Source of the DNA: Candidatus Woesearchaeota archaeon
Lineage (GTDB): Archaea > Nanobdellota > Nanobdellia > Pacearchaeales > GW2011-AR1
DNA: 64,000 nucleotides
NCBI GenBank assembly: GCA_964534185.1
Contig: CAZHOH010000004.1
Span: 17,438-81,437, forward strand
Direction: 5' to 3'
Shown one piece after another: positions 27,565 through 36,252 of the stretch. The position numbers and the translations under genes are program-made. The notes beneath the pieces are model-generated. The model searched no databases and had not been told where the DNA came from. It saw only the letters and a list, made by a program, of their open reading frames with translations. How positions within the stretch are numbered: the first letter of the stretch is position 1; each line of letters opens with the position of its first letter.

Positions 27565-27915
27565 ATGGATGTAATAGATGGATTAGTTGAATATACTGAG
27601 CACCCTCTTAATAAGATTGTTGAGGCAATGGCAACTAATAATCTGGGATTTAACCCAAATAGAGATAGACATTGTAATGAAGGTGTTTGTTTTAATTATG
27701 TTGATTGTAGAGGGTTGTCTTATGAGGAATCACAAGATGTTGATCCGAATGATACTCTATGTCCAATCATTCAAACTGATGATGCTGATATCTCGAATTT
27801 ACATTGGCACCTTCATAGAATGGATTATGAACGAGTACTTCCTTGGTTTCGAGAAGGTGATGGGGAAATACCAAAATATTCTAAATTTGAATATAGTCTT
27901 ATTACGTTTCCTTAA
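27565..27915 (+). CDS. Hypothetical Cys-containing protein
   Basis: ORF with TATA; CxxxxCxxxxxC...C. Confidence 0.55.
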   Translation: MDVIDGLVEYTEHPLNKIVEAMATNNLGFNPNRDRHCNEGVCFNYVDCRGLSYEESQDVDPNDTLCPIIQTDDADISNLHWHLHRMDYERVLPWFREGDGEIPKYSKFEYSLITFP

Positions 27916-29333
27916 CCAATATCTTTAATCATATAATCGCCTTGTAATTTGTATCCTAATTTTTTGTAATATTCTCTGACGCCGATTCCAGATATTACTG
28001 CGAGCTTTTTTAGTTCTGGATGGTTTTTTGCTTTTTGTTCTTTTATTATTTGTTCTGCTTTTTGCATTAGTTGTTTTCCTATTCCAAGATGTTGTCCGCC
28101 GCTTGTGTTTTTTGCGCCGATATCAAGGGCTTGTCCGTAAACATGCAGTTCTCTTACAATTGCCGAGTTGTTTAGTTCTTTTATGAAGTGTTTTTTGTAG
28201 TTGCTGGGGATTCTTAGTCTTAAAAGTCCGAAAAGGATGTTGTCTTTGTTTACTGCTTGGATGAAGAATTCTTTTCCTTTGCTTGCGTTGTATTCTAGGG
28301 TTTTTATTTTGTATTCTGGGCTGATTTTTTTCTGATATTGTTTTGCGAATCCTATTTCTCTGAATCTTATTTCTTTTATTTTTTCTTTTTGTTCTCTTAG
28401 TCCTTCTTCGACGTCTTTTCTTAATGATATTCTTGTTGTTCCTGCGATTATGTGTTCTGGTGTGAACTGGCGCATTACTCTCATTGTTCTGCAGTATTCG
28501 GGTATTTCTTTGAACATTCTTATTAGTAGTTTTTGTGTTTGTTCTAGTGTGTAGGGTTTGTATTTTCCTTTTAGGTAGTCTTTTTCTATTCCTGTGTTTT
28601 TTATGACTTGTGTTGGGTATATTTTTAGCTGGTCTGGTTTGAATTCGTTTTCTTTGAATACTTTTTTGAAAAGTTTCAAGTCTTTTTCAGGATTTGATTT
28701 TGGAAGTCCTGGCATTATGTGGTATCCGAGTTTGAAGCCGGCGTCTTTTAGAGTTTGAGTTGCGTTAATTACGTCCTGAACTGTGTGTGCTCTGTTAATG
28801 TGCTTGTATATTTCGTCATCTAGAATTTGGACTCCGACTTCCATTCTTGTGCAGCCAAATTCTAGTGCTCTTTTTATTTCTTTTTCGCCTGCGAAGTCTG
28901 GACGGGTTTCTATGCAAAGTGCGACGCATCGATGTTCTGCTGTTTCATTGAATTTTTTTGCTTGTTCTAAGGATTCTGAAACAAATCCGTTTAGTCCGTC
29001 GTAGCATCCTTTTATGAATTCGTACTGGTATTTTACTGGGTAGGAAAGGAAAGTTCCGCCGAGAATTATGAGTTCGATTTTTTGGGTTGGGTGGTGCATA
29101 AGTTCAAATGCTTTTATTCTTGATTCAATTTGTCTTTTTGCGTCGTATTTGTTTCTTTCTGCCCTTAGGACTGAAGGGGATGAGGGGGTATAAGATTGGG
29201 GGACGTTGAAGACTGGACAGTATCTGCAGACTCCGTGGGAGCAGGGGCGGGGTTTTACCATTACTGCAATTGGAGTTACGCCTGATAATGATTTTGTTGG
29301 CTTTCTAACTTCACCGATTTCTGGTAGTTTCAT
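27912..29333 (-). CDS. elp3: tRNA uridine(34) acetyltransferase Elp3
   Basis: CSHGVCRYCP, GGTF, ETRPD, GNAT domain RELHVYG, QHLGIG, ISGIGVREYY. Confidence 0.96.
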   Translation of the reverse strand: MKLPEIGEVRKPTKSLSGVTPIAVMVKPRPCSHGVCRYCPVFNVPQSYTPSSPSVLRAERNKYDAKRQIESRIKAFELMHHPTQKIELIILGGTFLSYPVKYQYEFIKGCYDGLNGFVSESLEQAKKFNETAEHRCVALCIETRPDFAGEKEIKRALEFGCTRMEVGVQILDDEIYKHINRAHTVQDVINATQTLKDAGFKLGYHIMPGLPKSNPEKDLKLFKKVFKENEFKPDQLKIYPTQVIKNTGIEKDYLKGKYKPYTLEQTQKLLIRMFKEIPEYCRTMRVMRQFTPEHIIAGTTRISLRKDVEEGLREQKEKIKEIRFREIGFAKQYQKKISPEYKIKTLEYNASKGKEFFIQAVNKDNILFGLLRLRIPSNYKKHFIKELNNSAIVRELHVYGQALDIGAKNTSGGQHLGIGKQLMQKAEQIIKEQKAKNHPELKKLAVISGIGVREYYKKLGYKLQGDYMIKDIG

Positions 29334-29410
29334 AACAATAGTTAAGATAGGGTGTTTAAAATGTTTTCTGATGCAATAATTTTTATAAAGTAGAGTTTAG
29401 TTTGTTTGGG

Positions 29411-29905
29411 ATGGCGACGCATCTGGGATATCAAATTCATCATCCTTCTGAATTGGCAAATGACGGGATAAGGAGACATAATATTGGAGGGTTTTTTGAT
29501 AGTCCTCAAGAGGTTTTTAGAACATTAGTCTTTGATTATAATCTTGGTTCTTATTGTGGCACTAATATAGGAATGCCTTTTGGGAGTTATTCTAAAGGAA
29601 AAAGTCTTGTTATTTCTGAAATTGAAGAGGGTTTTGGAATGGGGAATCTTGAAGAATTAATAAAAAGTGGCAGGCTTGACGAATTTCGTTGTGAAAGGCG
29701 GCTTTCAGATAAAGAAAAAGCAGAAATTGCAGTAGGTATTGGAAATATTTTTAGTTTTGGAAATGTTGGAGTTTCTGATACTGAAAATTATGTTTTTATT
29801 TTGAATGTTTTGGGATATCCTAAATCTTATGAAGATTTGCGTGCGCTTATTCCTTTTCCTGAACCTATTGAAGGAGGGTTGAAGCACTTGCCTCAAAATC
29901 CTTAA
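29411..29905 (+). CDS. Hypothetical protein
   Basis: ORF with upstream TATA. Confidence 0.5.
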   Translation: MATHLGYQIHHPSELANDGIRRHNIGGFFDSPQEVFRTLVFDYNLGSYCGTNIGMPFGSYSKGKSLVISEIEEGFGMGNLEELIKSGRLDEFRCERRLSDKEKAEIAVGIGNIFSFGNVGVSDTENYVFILNVLGYPKSYEDLRALIPFPEPIEGGLKHLPQNP

Positions 29906-29906
29906 A

Positions 29907-30101
29907 ATGAAACACCTAAGAAGATTGTCAAAGATTGTTAAAGAAGGGACGTTGTGTAAAATTGGGATTCATAATAAAGAGCAAGTTGGTTCTGTTCTTG
30001 TTTATCGTCCTTCTCCTGAAAGTCCGATATATGAAATGGTTAAGGAGTATAGATTTCAGTGCGCTAATTGTGGACATGAAAAGAATTATGTTCAGAGATA
30101 G
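29907..30101 (+). CDS. Small zinc-binding protein (DUF1660-like)
   Basis: LCKIGIH...CANCG. Confidence 0.55.
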   Translation: MKHLRRLSKIVKEGTLCKIGIHNKEQVGSVLVYRPSPESPIYEMVKEYRFQCANCGHEKNYVQR

Positions 30102-30111
30102 TTTTAGGTTT

Positions 30112-31050
30112 TTACAATCCTAAGATTATTCTTGCGATTTTATCAGCGTCGTGTCTTGCTGTTATGAATCCTCCGATTTCCTGTTCTATTAAAAATTCGT
30201 CCTTGATTATGTTTTCTTTATCTATGTCAGGTTCTACAAAAAAACTTTCTTCCTGCTGGTATTTATCTACGATTTTTGCTGAAGGTTTTTTGGTGTTGCA
30301 GATAACATAGTCGACTTTTTTTCCTAAGTATTTTTCTATTGTTTTTAGAAAATCACTTGCTTTGAACCCGAAAGTGCCTTGTTTTGTGACTAGGTTGCAT
30401 ATGTAGACTATTTTTGCATTTGATTCATTTAGTGCTTCTTTGAATCCGTTTACTAAGAAATTTGGAATGATGCTTCCGTATGTTTCTCCTGGTGAGATTA
30501 TGATTAAGTCAGCTTTTCTTATGAGGTTTGCAGACTCGTTGTATATGAATGCGTTTGGTTCGAGCCATAATTTTTCTATGTCTCTTGCTTGTTTTGAATG
30601 GTTTACTTCTGATTCTCCTTTTAGGATTTGTCCTTGTTTTGTTTTTGCGTAAAGTATTGAATTGTTCAATGATACGGGTAGGACTTTTGCTTTTAGGTTT
30701 AATATTCTTGAGACTGCTTTTACAGCGTCGCCCATGTTTCCGTATTTTTTATTTAAGGCTGTTAGTATTAAGTTTCCGAGGCTGTGGTTTGATAAGTTTT
30801 TTGATTCGTTTGAAAATCGATATTCGAAAATGTCTTTTAGGTCTGCTGTTTTTGAATCATCTGTGAGTGCAAGGAGGCAGTTTCTTAAATCTCCTGGCGG
30901 GAGGATTCCGAATTCTGCTCTTAATTTTCCAGAAGAGCCTCCATCATCAATGACATTAACAATTGCTCCGAGTTCGATGTCGTATTTTTTTAATCCTCTT
31001 AGAAGAGTGTATTGCCCTGTTCCTCCTCCGATTGTAACTATTTTTTTCAT
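30112..31050 (-). CDS. YvcK/GlmR (CofD-related) family protein
   Basis: IGGGTG, DDGGSSG.LR, PPGDLRNCL, HSLGNL, RHD. Confidence 0.92.
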   Translation of the reverse strand: MKKIVTIGGGTGQYTLLRGLKKYDIELGAIVNVIDDGGSSGKLRAEFGILPPGDLRNCLLALTDDSKTADLKDIFEYRFSNESKNLSNHSLGNLILTALNKKYGNMGDAVKAVSRILNLKAKVLPVSLNNSILYAKTKQGQILKGESEVNHSKQARDIEKLWLEPNAFIYNESANLIRKADLIIISPGETYGSIIPNFLVNGFKEALNESNAKIVYICNLVTKQGTFGFKASDFLKTIEKYLGKKVDYVICNTKKPSAKIVDKYQQEESFFVEPDIDKENIIKDEFLIEQEIGGFITARHDADKIARIILGL

Positions 31051-31086
31051 GGAAAAAGATAAATAGTGTAGTATAAAAAATTAATT

Positions 31087-31707
31087 ATGGAGCAGGAAAA
31101 AGTTTGGGATGAAATTGCAGGATTGTGGAATGAGTATAAGCAAAAGCCGTTTGGAGTAGAAGGGGATTTAGTTGAAGGTTTTATTGAGAAGGGTGATAGG
31201 GTGTTGGATTTGGGGTGTGGAAGCGGGCGGAATTTTTTTAAGTTTGGGGGAGAATTGTATGGGGTTGATTTTTCTTCTGAAATGTTAAAGTATGCGCGTG
31301 CGAATGCTGACGCGTTTGGTATTGATGTTAAATTGTTTAAAAGTAATTTTTGGGAATTGGATTTTTCTGAGGGGTTTTTTGATAAGGTTGTTTTTGTTGC
31401 CTCATTTCATTGTGTTGAAGGCAAAGAAAAAAGAATTGAAAGTTTGAAAGAGATTTATCGGGTTTTGCGTTCTGGAGGTAAATTGCTTTTGACTGTTTGG
31501 AATAAGAATTCTGATAGGTGGAAAAATAAGCCGAAAGAGAAAATGGTTTCGTGGGAGGTTGGGGACAAAAAGGTTATGAGGTATTATTATTTGTATGATT
31601 ATGGGGAGTTGGTTTCTGAATTGGAGGGTGTGGGGTTTAGGGTTTTGGATAGGAGGGGTGGAGATGGTTCGAGGAATATTGTTTTAGTTTGTGGTAAGTT
31701 AACTTAA
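31087..31707 (+). CDS. Class I SAM methyltransferase (Trm9-like)
   Basis: VLDLGCGSGRN, GVDFS, C-terminal RYYYLY pattern. Confidence 0.85.
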   Translation: MEQEKVWDEIAGLWNEYKQKPFGVEGDLVEGFIEKGDRVLDLGCGSGRNFFKFGGELYGVDFSSEMLKYARANADAFGIDVKLFKSNFWELDFSEGFFDKVVFVASFHCVEGKEKRIESLKEIYRVLRSGGKLLLTVWNKNSDRWKNKPKEKMVSWEVGDKKVMRYYYLYDYGELVSELEGVGFRVLDRRGGDGSRNIVLVCGKLT

Positions 31708-31727
31708 GATAACAAGATTTTTTACAA

Positions 31728-32435
31728 TTAATCGTATTTATGTTGAATATCCTTAACAAATGATTGGATTTCTGAATTTTTCTGCTTCTTAAAGAAATCT
31801 TTAGCAACCCCGTAATCAAGAATACGCCCCCCTTTCAAAAAGAGAACTTTATCAGCAATAGATTTTGCAAAAGAGACGTGATGAGTAACAACTAACATTG
31901 TATATCCTTCATCGGCTAATTCGTGAATTAAATCCAAAACACTTTTAGTAAGTTCAGGGTCAAGTGATGAAGTTATCTCATCAAGAAGCAATATATCTGG
32001 CTTAATCATTAATGAACGAATCAAAGCCACTCTTTGTTTTTGTCCTCCTGATAATTCATGAGGGTATGTTTCTATATACTTCTCTAATTCAAATTTTTTA
32101 AGTAGTTTTATGGCTTCTTTCTTTATGGTTGTTTTGTTAGTCGGATTTTTTAATTCTGGGGCTAGTGTTAAATTTTCTAAAACATTTAGGTGAGGCCATA
32201 AAGTATATTCCTGAGAAACATAACCTATTTTTGCTTCATCTCCAAACGAGTAAGACCCACCATCTTGTTTCTTTAATCCAGCAAGTAATTTTAATAATGT
32301 TGATTTGCCAGAACCACTTGGGCCTATAACAGCGACTACCTCTCCTTTTCTCACTTTAAAAGACACGCCTATTATTCCCTCTTTTGAGTTTTCAAAATTG
32401 GAGTATCTTTTTGTTAGATGGTTTACTTTAATCAT
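31728..32435 (-). CDS. Polar amino acid ABC transporter ATP-binding subunit
   Basis: GPSGSGKST, LSGGQKQR, LLLDE..SSLDPEL. Confidence 0.93.
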   Translation of the reverse strand: MIKVNHLTKRYSNFENSKEGIIGVSFKVRKGEVVAVIGPSGSGKSTLLKLLAGLKKQDGGSYSFGDEAKIGYVSQEYTLWPHLNVLENLTLAPELKNPTNKTTIKKEAIKLLKKFELEKYIETYPHELSGGQKQRVALIRSLMIKPDILLLDEITSSLDPELTKSVLDLIHELADEGYTMLVVTHHVSFAKSIADKVLFLKGGRILDYGVAKDFFKKQKNSEIQSFVKDIQHKYD

Positions 32436-33090
32436 ATTCGATCACACTCCTTTTTTTATACCATGTGATGAATAAATGAAGGGGAGCAAGAATTATTACA
32501 AAGAATAAAACTAGAAGAGAATATATAGAGACTGGGTCATACACCATTGCGTTTATAGATTGAGCAACTCTGAATAACTCTGGTACAGAGATTAGGCTAG
32601 CGAAAAGAGTATATTCCAACATTGTTGCTTGATTTAATGAAACGCTTGGTAAAACCCTTTTCATCAAAATCGGTAATTCTATATGTCTAATGATCTGGCT
32701 CTTGCTCAGCCCCAAAGTTATACCTGCTTCGCTATAGGCAACAGGAAGTAATCTTAATTCTGATTGGATAATAAATGCTACAGCAACAAGATTTACAAAA
32801 CCAAGAGCAATTATTGTAGTCCAAAATGGATTAATGACCACTCCAAGAAGTGCTTGAAATGGGAAATGTAACCAAAACAAAAGAACAAGAACAGGGATAA
32901 CCTTTGTTACAAATTTTAAACTAGAAATTAATCTAAAAATTGTCTTTGAATATCTGCCTCCAATTACGCCAAAAAAAACTCCAAGAGGAACACCAACGAG
33001 AATTATTAAAGCCCATAATTCAATTGTTTTTAAAAAACCAGCAAAAAATAAATGTCTATACTGGATTAAGACTTCAAACATTGCGACCAT
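32428..33090 (-). CDS. Polar amino acid ABC transporter permease
   Basis: TM segments, EAA loop EAGITLGLS, ASLISVPEL. Confidence 0.9.
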   Translation of the reverse strand: MVAMFEVLIQYRHLFFAGFLKTIELWALIILVGVPLGVFFGVIGGRYSKTIFRLISSLKFVTKVIPVLVLLFWLHFPFQALLGVVINPFWTTIIALGFVNLVAVAFIIQSELRLLPVAYSEAGITLGLSKSQIIRHIELPILMKRVLPSVSLNQATMLEYTLFASLISVPELFRVAQSINAMVYDPVSIYSLLVLFFVIILAPLHLFITWYKKRSVIEYD

Positions 33091-33091
33091 A

Positions 33092-33907
33092 TTACTCTAT
33101 CCTATAATAATTTTCTACATTATGTTTCTCTAATATTCTTTGGATTTCTTCGCTATCAATTAGTTCTTGAATTGCTTTATCCCATTTTTCTCTTAATTCT
33201 GCATCTTCTTTATTGAAAGCAAAACTATTTCCAAAAGATCTGACAGGTTCATCATTAACTCTATCTAAACTATTTGGATGAGATTTAAGAAAATCTTCTG
33301 TTGCGGAAGGTTCTGCAAATGTTATATCGGCTTTGTCTTGAACTATATTGAGAAATACATCAGCATATGAAGATAATTGTGGAAGAGCCACAAGTTGTGC
33401 ATTTGGATAATCTTCTTGGGCTATAAACATAGCCATCTCCCCATCAAGAGAAGTTATTTTATACTGGTTTGAATTAAGCACAGATAAATCATCAGTAAAT
33501 CTAGTATCGCCTTTTTTAACATACCCATATATAACACTATCCATCGGAGCAATTGAAAATGAAACAACCTTTTCTCGTTCTGCATTAGGCCACATTTGAG
33601 TTCCCAATATATCATATCTATTTGTTTTCAATCCCTCTAAGGATGTTCCCCAACCCACTTCTTCGGTCCATTTAGTTTCAATCCCCATTTTTTCAGCAAC
33701 GGCTTCAACAATATCATAAGAAACCCCCTGAAATTGTCCAGTATTGGCATTTTTTTCCAATAAGGGGGGATAAATTATGTACCCTATTCGAAGAGTGTTA
33801 TTCTTTAATGAGTTATCATTTTTGCTTATTGAAAATAATCCAATTGCCATAACCAGAATGGTAATAATTCCTATTGCTAAATAAATCTTATTTTGTTTGT
33901 TCATCAT
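33092..33907 (-). CDS. Amino acid ABC transporter substrate-binding protein (family 3)
   Basis: N-terminal anchor, TLRIGY..YPP, G.SYDI, ILEKH. Confidence 0.88.
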   Translation of the reverse strand: MMNKQNKIYLAIGIITILVMAIGLFSISKNDNSLKNNTLRIGYIIYPPLLEKNANTGQFQGVSYDIVEAVAEKMGIETKWTEEVGWGTSLEGLKTNRYDILGTQMWPNAEREKVVSFSIAPMDSVIYGYVKKGDTRFTDDLSVLNSNQYKITSLDGEMAMFIAQEDYPNAQLVALPQLSSYADVFLNIVQDKADITFAEPSATEDFLKSHPNSLDRVNDEPVRSFGNSFAFNKEDAELREKWDKAIQELIDSEEIQRILEKHNVENYYRIE

Positions 33908-34186
33908 AAGCTTCTCATTAGTTTATTATATAATACACTAACTAACTTTTAAATGTTTGTTTATTTTTTCGGGGAAAAAGATTAAATGTCTGAAGGACTA
34001 GGGAATTCCTATATTAATCCAAAAACGAATTTGTGCATGTCTATCCTGTTGGGTGGGAGAAAAAAGATTGTTTCCTATTTCTTGGTATTAACTTATCATC
34101 TTAGGGGTTCTGTTGAGATTTTCAATATAGTAAGATTTATATATTTTAAATATATTACATATAATAAATAAATTTGGAGATATAAA

Positions 34187-34417
34187 ATGCCGATAATAAC
34201 TTTGTCAATTCCAGAGGATTTGAAAGCAGAAATGGATAAAACTAAGTTCATAAACTGGTCTGAAGTTGCAAGAGAAGCTATAAGAGAAAGAGTATCTCAG
34301 TTAACAGTTTTGAATGCAGTTGCTGCAAAATCTCAACTTACTGAAAAGGATGCTTTGGAAATTGGGCGGAAAATTAAAAAAGCTATGTGGAAAAAATACC
34401 AGAATAAAGGCTGGTAA
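34187..34417 (+). CDS. Ribbon-helix-helix antitoxin-like protein
   Basis: ITLSIPEDLKAEM...INWSEVAREAI. Confidence 0.85.
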   Translation: MPIITLSIPEDLKAEMDKTKFINWSEVAREAIRERVSQLTVLNAVAAKSQLTEKDALEIGRKIKKAMWKKYQNKGW

Positions 34418-34662
34418 TGAAAATGGAGTTAGTTATTGATACAAATTGTTTGATTTCTGCGTTGATTCTTCCTGGAAAATCAAGAGAACTTATTACTTCC
34501 TTTAAATTATCTTTGTTTGCTCCAGAGGAAATAATTAAAGAAACTTTTGCTCATAAAAAAGAAATTCTGGATAAGTCAAAAATTAGTGAAGAAGATTTTG
34601 ATTTGTTGTTTAATATTCTCTTTTCAAGAATAGAAATAATTTCTCATGAAAGTTTCTGTTAA
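34417..34662 (+). pseudogene. Truncated PIN (VapC-like) toxin
   Basis: LVIDTNCLISAL N-terminus but only 81 aa; C-terminal catalytic Asp residues missing. Confidence 0.7.
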
Positions 34663-34722
34663 AGTTATTTTAACTTCTGAGTTAATTGAATTGGTAAAAT
34701 CTTTCTAAAAATATTGTTTATT

Positions 34723-35145
34723 TTAAAGTGAATTATTAACAATCTCTAGAGATTTTTTTTGATTGTCCCAAGTTAGAAATTCGCGGGCTTTTTTGAAGTC
34801 GAGCCATTTGTAACTTGAATGCTCTCGTTTGTCGATTATGACTTTTTGGTTTTGAACTTTGACTGAGTAAAGTGTAAAAGTTTGTCCGATGTATGGGCGT
34901 TCGATTTTGTTTGTATATTTGTATTTTCCTTTTAGATTGTGTTTGTTTATTTTTATGGGGTTTAGGTTTGTCTCTTCTTTTAGTTCTCTGTGTATTGTTT
35001 CTAGGTTTGATTCTTTTGGTTCTTTTCCGCCTTTTGGGAATTCCCAGCCTTTCCAGTGGAGTTTTCTTTTTAGAAGGAGATATTTTGGTTTGTTTTTTAT
35101 TATTTTATATGCGACTATGAAAACCCCTTTTCGATATTTTTTCAT
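34723..35145 (-). CDS. NUDIX hydrolase (Ap4A hydrolase-like)
   Basis: WEFPKGG...RELKEET, EHSSYKW. Confidence 0.92.
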   Translation of the reverse strand: MKKYRKGVFIVAYKIIKNKPKYLLLKRKLHWKGWEFPKGGKEPKESNLETIHRELKEETNLNPIKINKHNLKGKYKYTNKIERPYIGQTFTLYSVKVQNQKVIIDKREHSSYKWLDFKKAREFLTWDNQKKSLEIVNNSL

Positions 35146-35195
35146 GTTTTGAGAAATGTGGCAAGATTTATAAAAGTTCGGCTTGAGTTTATTTT

Positions 35196-35792
35196 ATGGA
35201 TTTTGAGAATTTGGGGGGAAGAATTGAAAGAGCAAAGATAGTTGAAGCTAAAAATTCTATTTATGGTCTTGGTGAGCTTAGAGGGGTTAATGAGGGTATT
35301 TATATTAAGAATGCTGTAGATTTTGTAGGCCAGGAGGTTCTTGTCAAAATTGCTATGCATACTAATATGTCTTATTGTTTTCCGCGTGTTAATTTTTTGG
35401 CTAGACATATTCCTGAAGATTTTCCTCAGGAAGGGATACGTGATAGGGAAGCTGTTTTGTATGGGAGGTGGATTGGTAATTCTGTTCCTTCATTGGATGA
35501 GTTAAATAAAAAGTATGATCCTGGACACATAGGAGCTTTTTTATATGTTGGAAAGGATAGGTTTTTTATTGAGGAGAATGAAGGGGAAATCTCTTCTCCA
35601 GATTTTTGGGATTTGGCAGGACAATATTTTGATAAGATGCCAACTAAGCCAGGGGTTGTTATTTTTGAAGGCAAAAATAATGATTATCGTCCTTTATTTC
35701 TTAATCATGTTTTGGAAAAAAAGGGTCGATTTCCTATTAGAATGGATGAGCTTGACAGAACTAAATCTTCTTTACAATATCAAACAAATTAA
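35196..35792 (+). CDS. Hypothetical protein
   Basis: ORF with TATA tttataaa ~25 nt upstream. Confidence 0.55.
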   Translation: MDFENLGGRIERAKIVEAKNSIYGLGELRGVNEGIYIKNAVDFVGQEVLVKIAMHTNMSYCFPRVNFLARHIPEDFPQEGIRDREAVLYGRWIGNSVPSLDELNKKYDPGHIGAFLYVGKDRFFIEENEGEISSPDFWDLAGQYFDKMPTKPGVVIFEGKNNDYRPLFLNHVLEKKGRFPIRMDELDRTKSSLQYQTN

Positions 35793-36252
35793 CTTTTTCG
35801 AATTTCAGTATTGAATGTGTTTTGTCATCTATGTGGACTTTTATTATTCCCATGTCTGTTGTTATACAGTTAAGATTCCATACAAGTTTTCCGTCTACTT
35901 TTTGAACTATTGCAATTATTTTTTGAAGTTTTGAAGTGATAGTGTTGTTTTTCATTTCGTCTTGAACAAGTCCTTTGAGTGTATCTAAGTCAAGATTGAT
36001 TTCTTCAGTTATTTGTTCTGGTATTTTTTTGTTCTGAGGTTGTGCCTTTTTCATTTCGATTTTGCTATCAAGTGCAAATGTTGCCATGTCTTTTGATTTT
36101 GGATTGTAATAGTCTATTTGGTGAAGGTGTTTCTTTTCTGCGAAATCTAAAACGAAAAATCCTGCAGACATATATGCCTCTGGATTTTTGCTTTTGAAAT
36201 TCTGGAATTCTTTTGAATTATTCAATTTGTCTAGATAAGGCTGGATTTTCAT
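35761..36252 (-). CDS. Conserved-looking hypothetical protein
   Basis: Coupled to thrS (ATGA overlap). Confidence 0.7.
   Translation of the reverse strand: MKIQPYLDKLNNSKEFQNFKSKNPEAYMSAGFFVLDFAEKKHLHQIDYYNPKSKDMATFALDSKIEMKKAQPQNKKIPEQITEEINLDLDTLKGLVQDEMKNNTITSKLQKIIAIVQKVDGKLVWNLNCITTDMGIIKVHIDDKTHSILKFEKVNLFDIVKKI

Noticed and set aside
27587..27928. Alternative-frame and antisense ORFs in the track (e.g. 27587..27928, 4303..4590, 6934..7320, 30662..31066)
   Set aside because: Shadow ORFs overlapping better-supported genes, favoured by the strong compositional skew.
33986..34171. 61-aa ORF between the ABC island and the RHH gene
   Set aside because: Runs through the next gene's promoter and has no motif; likely spurious or a remnant.
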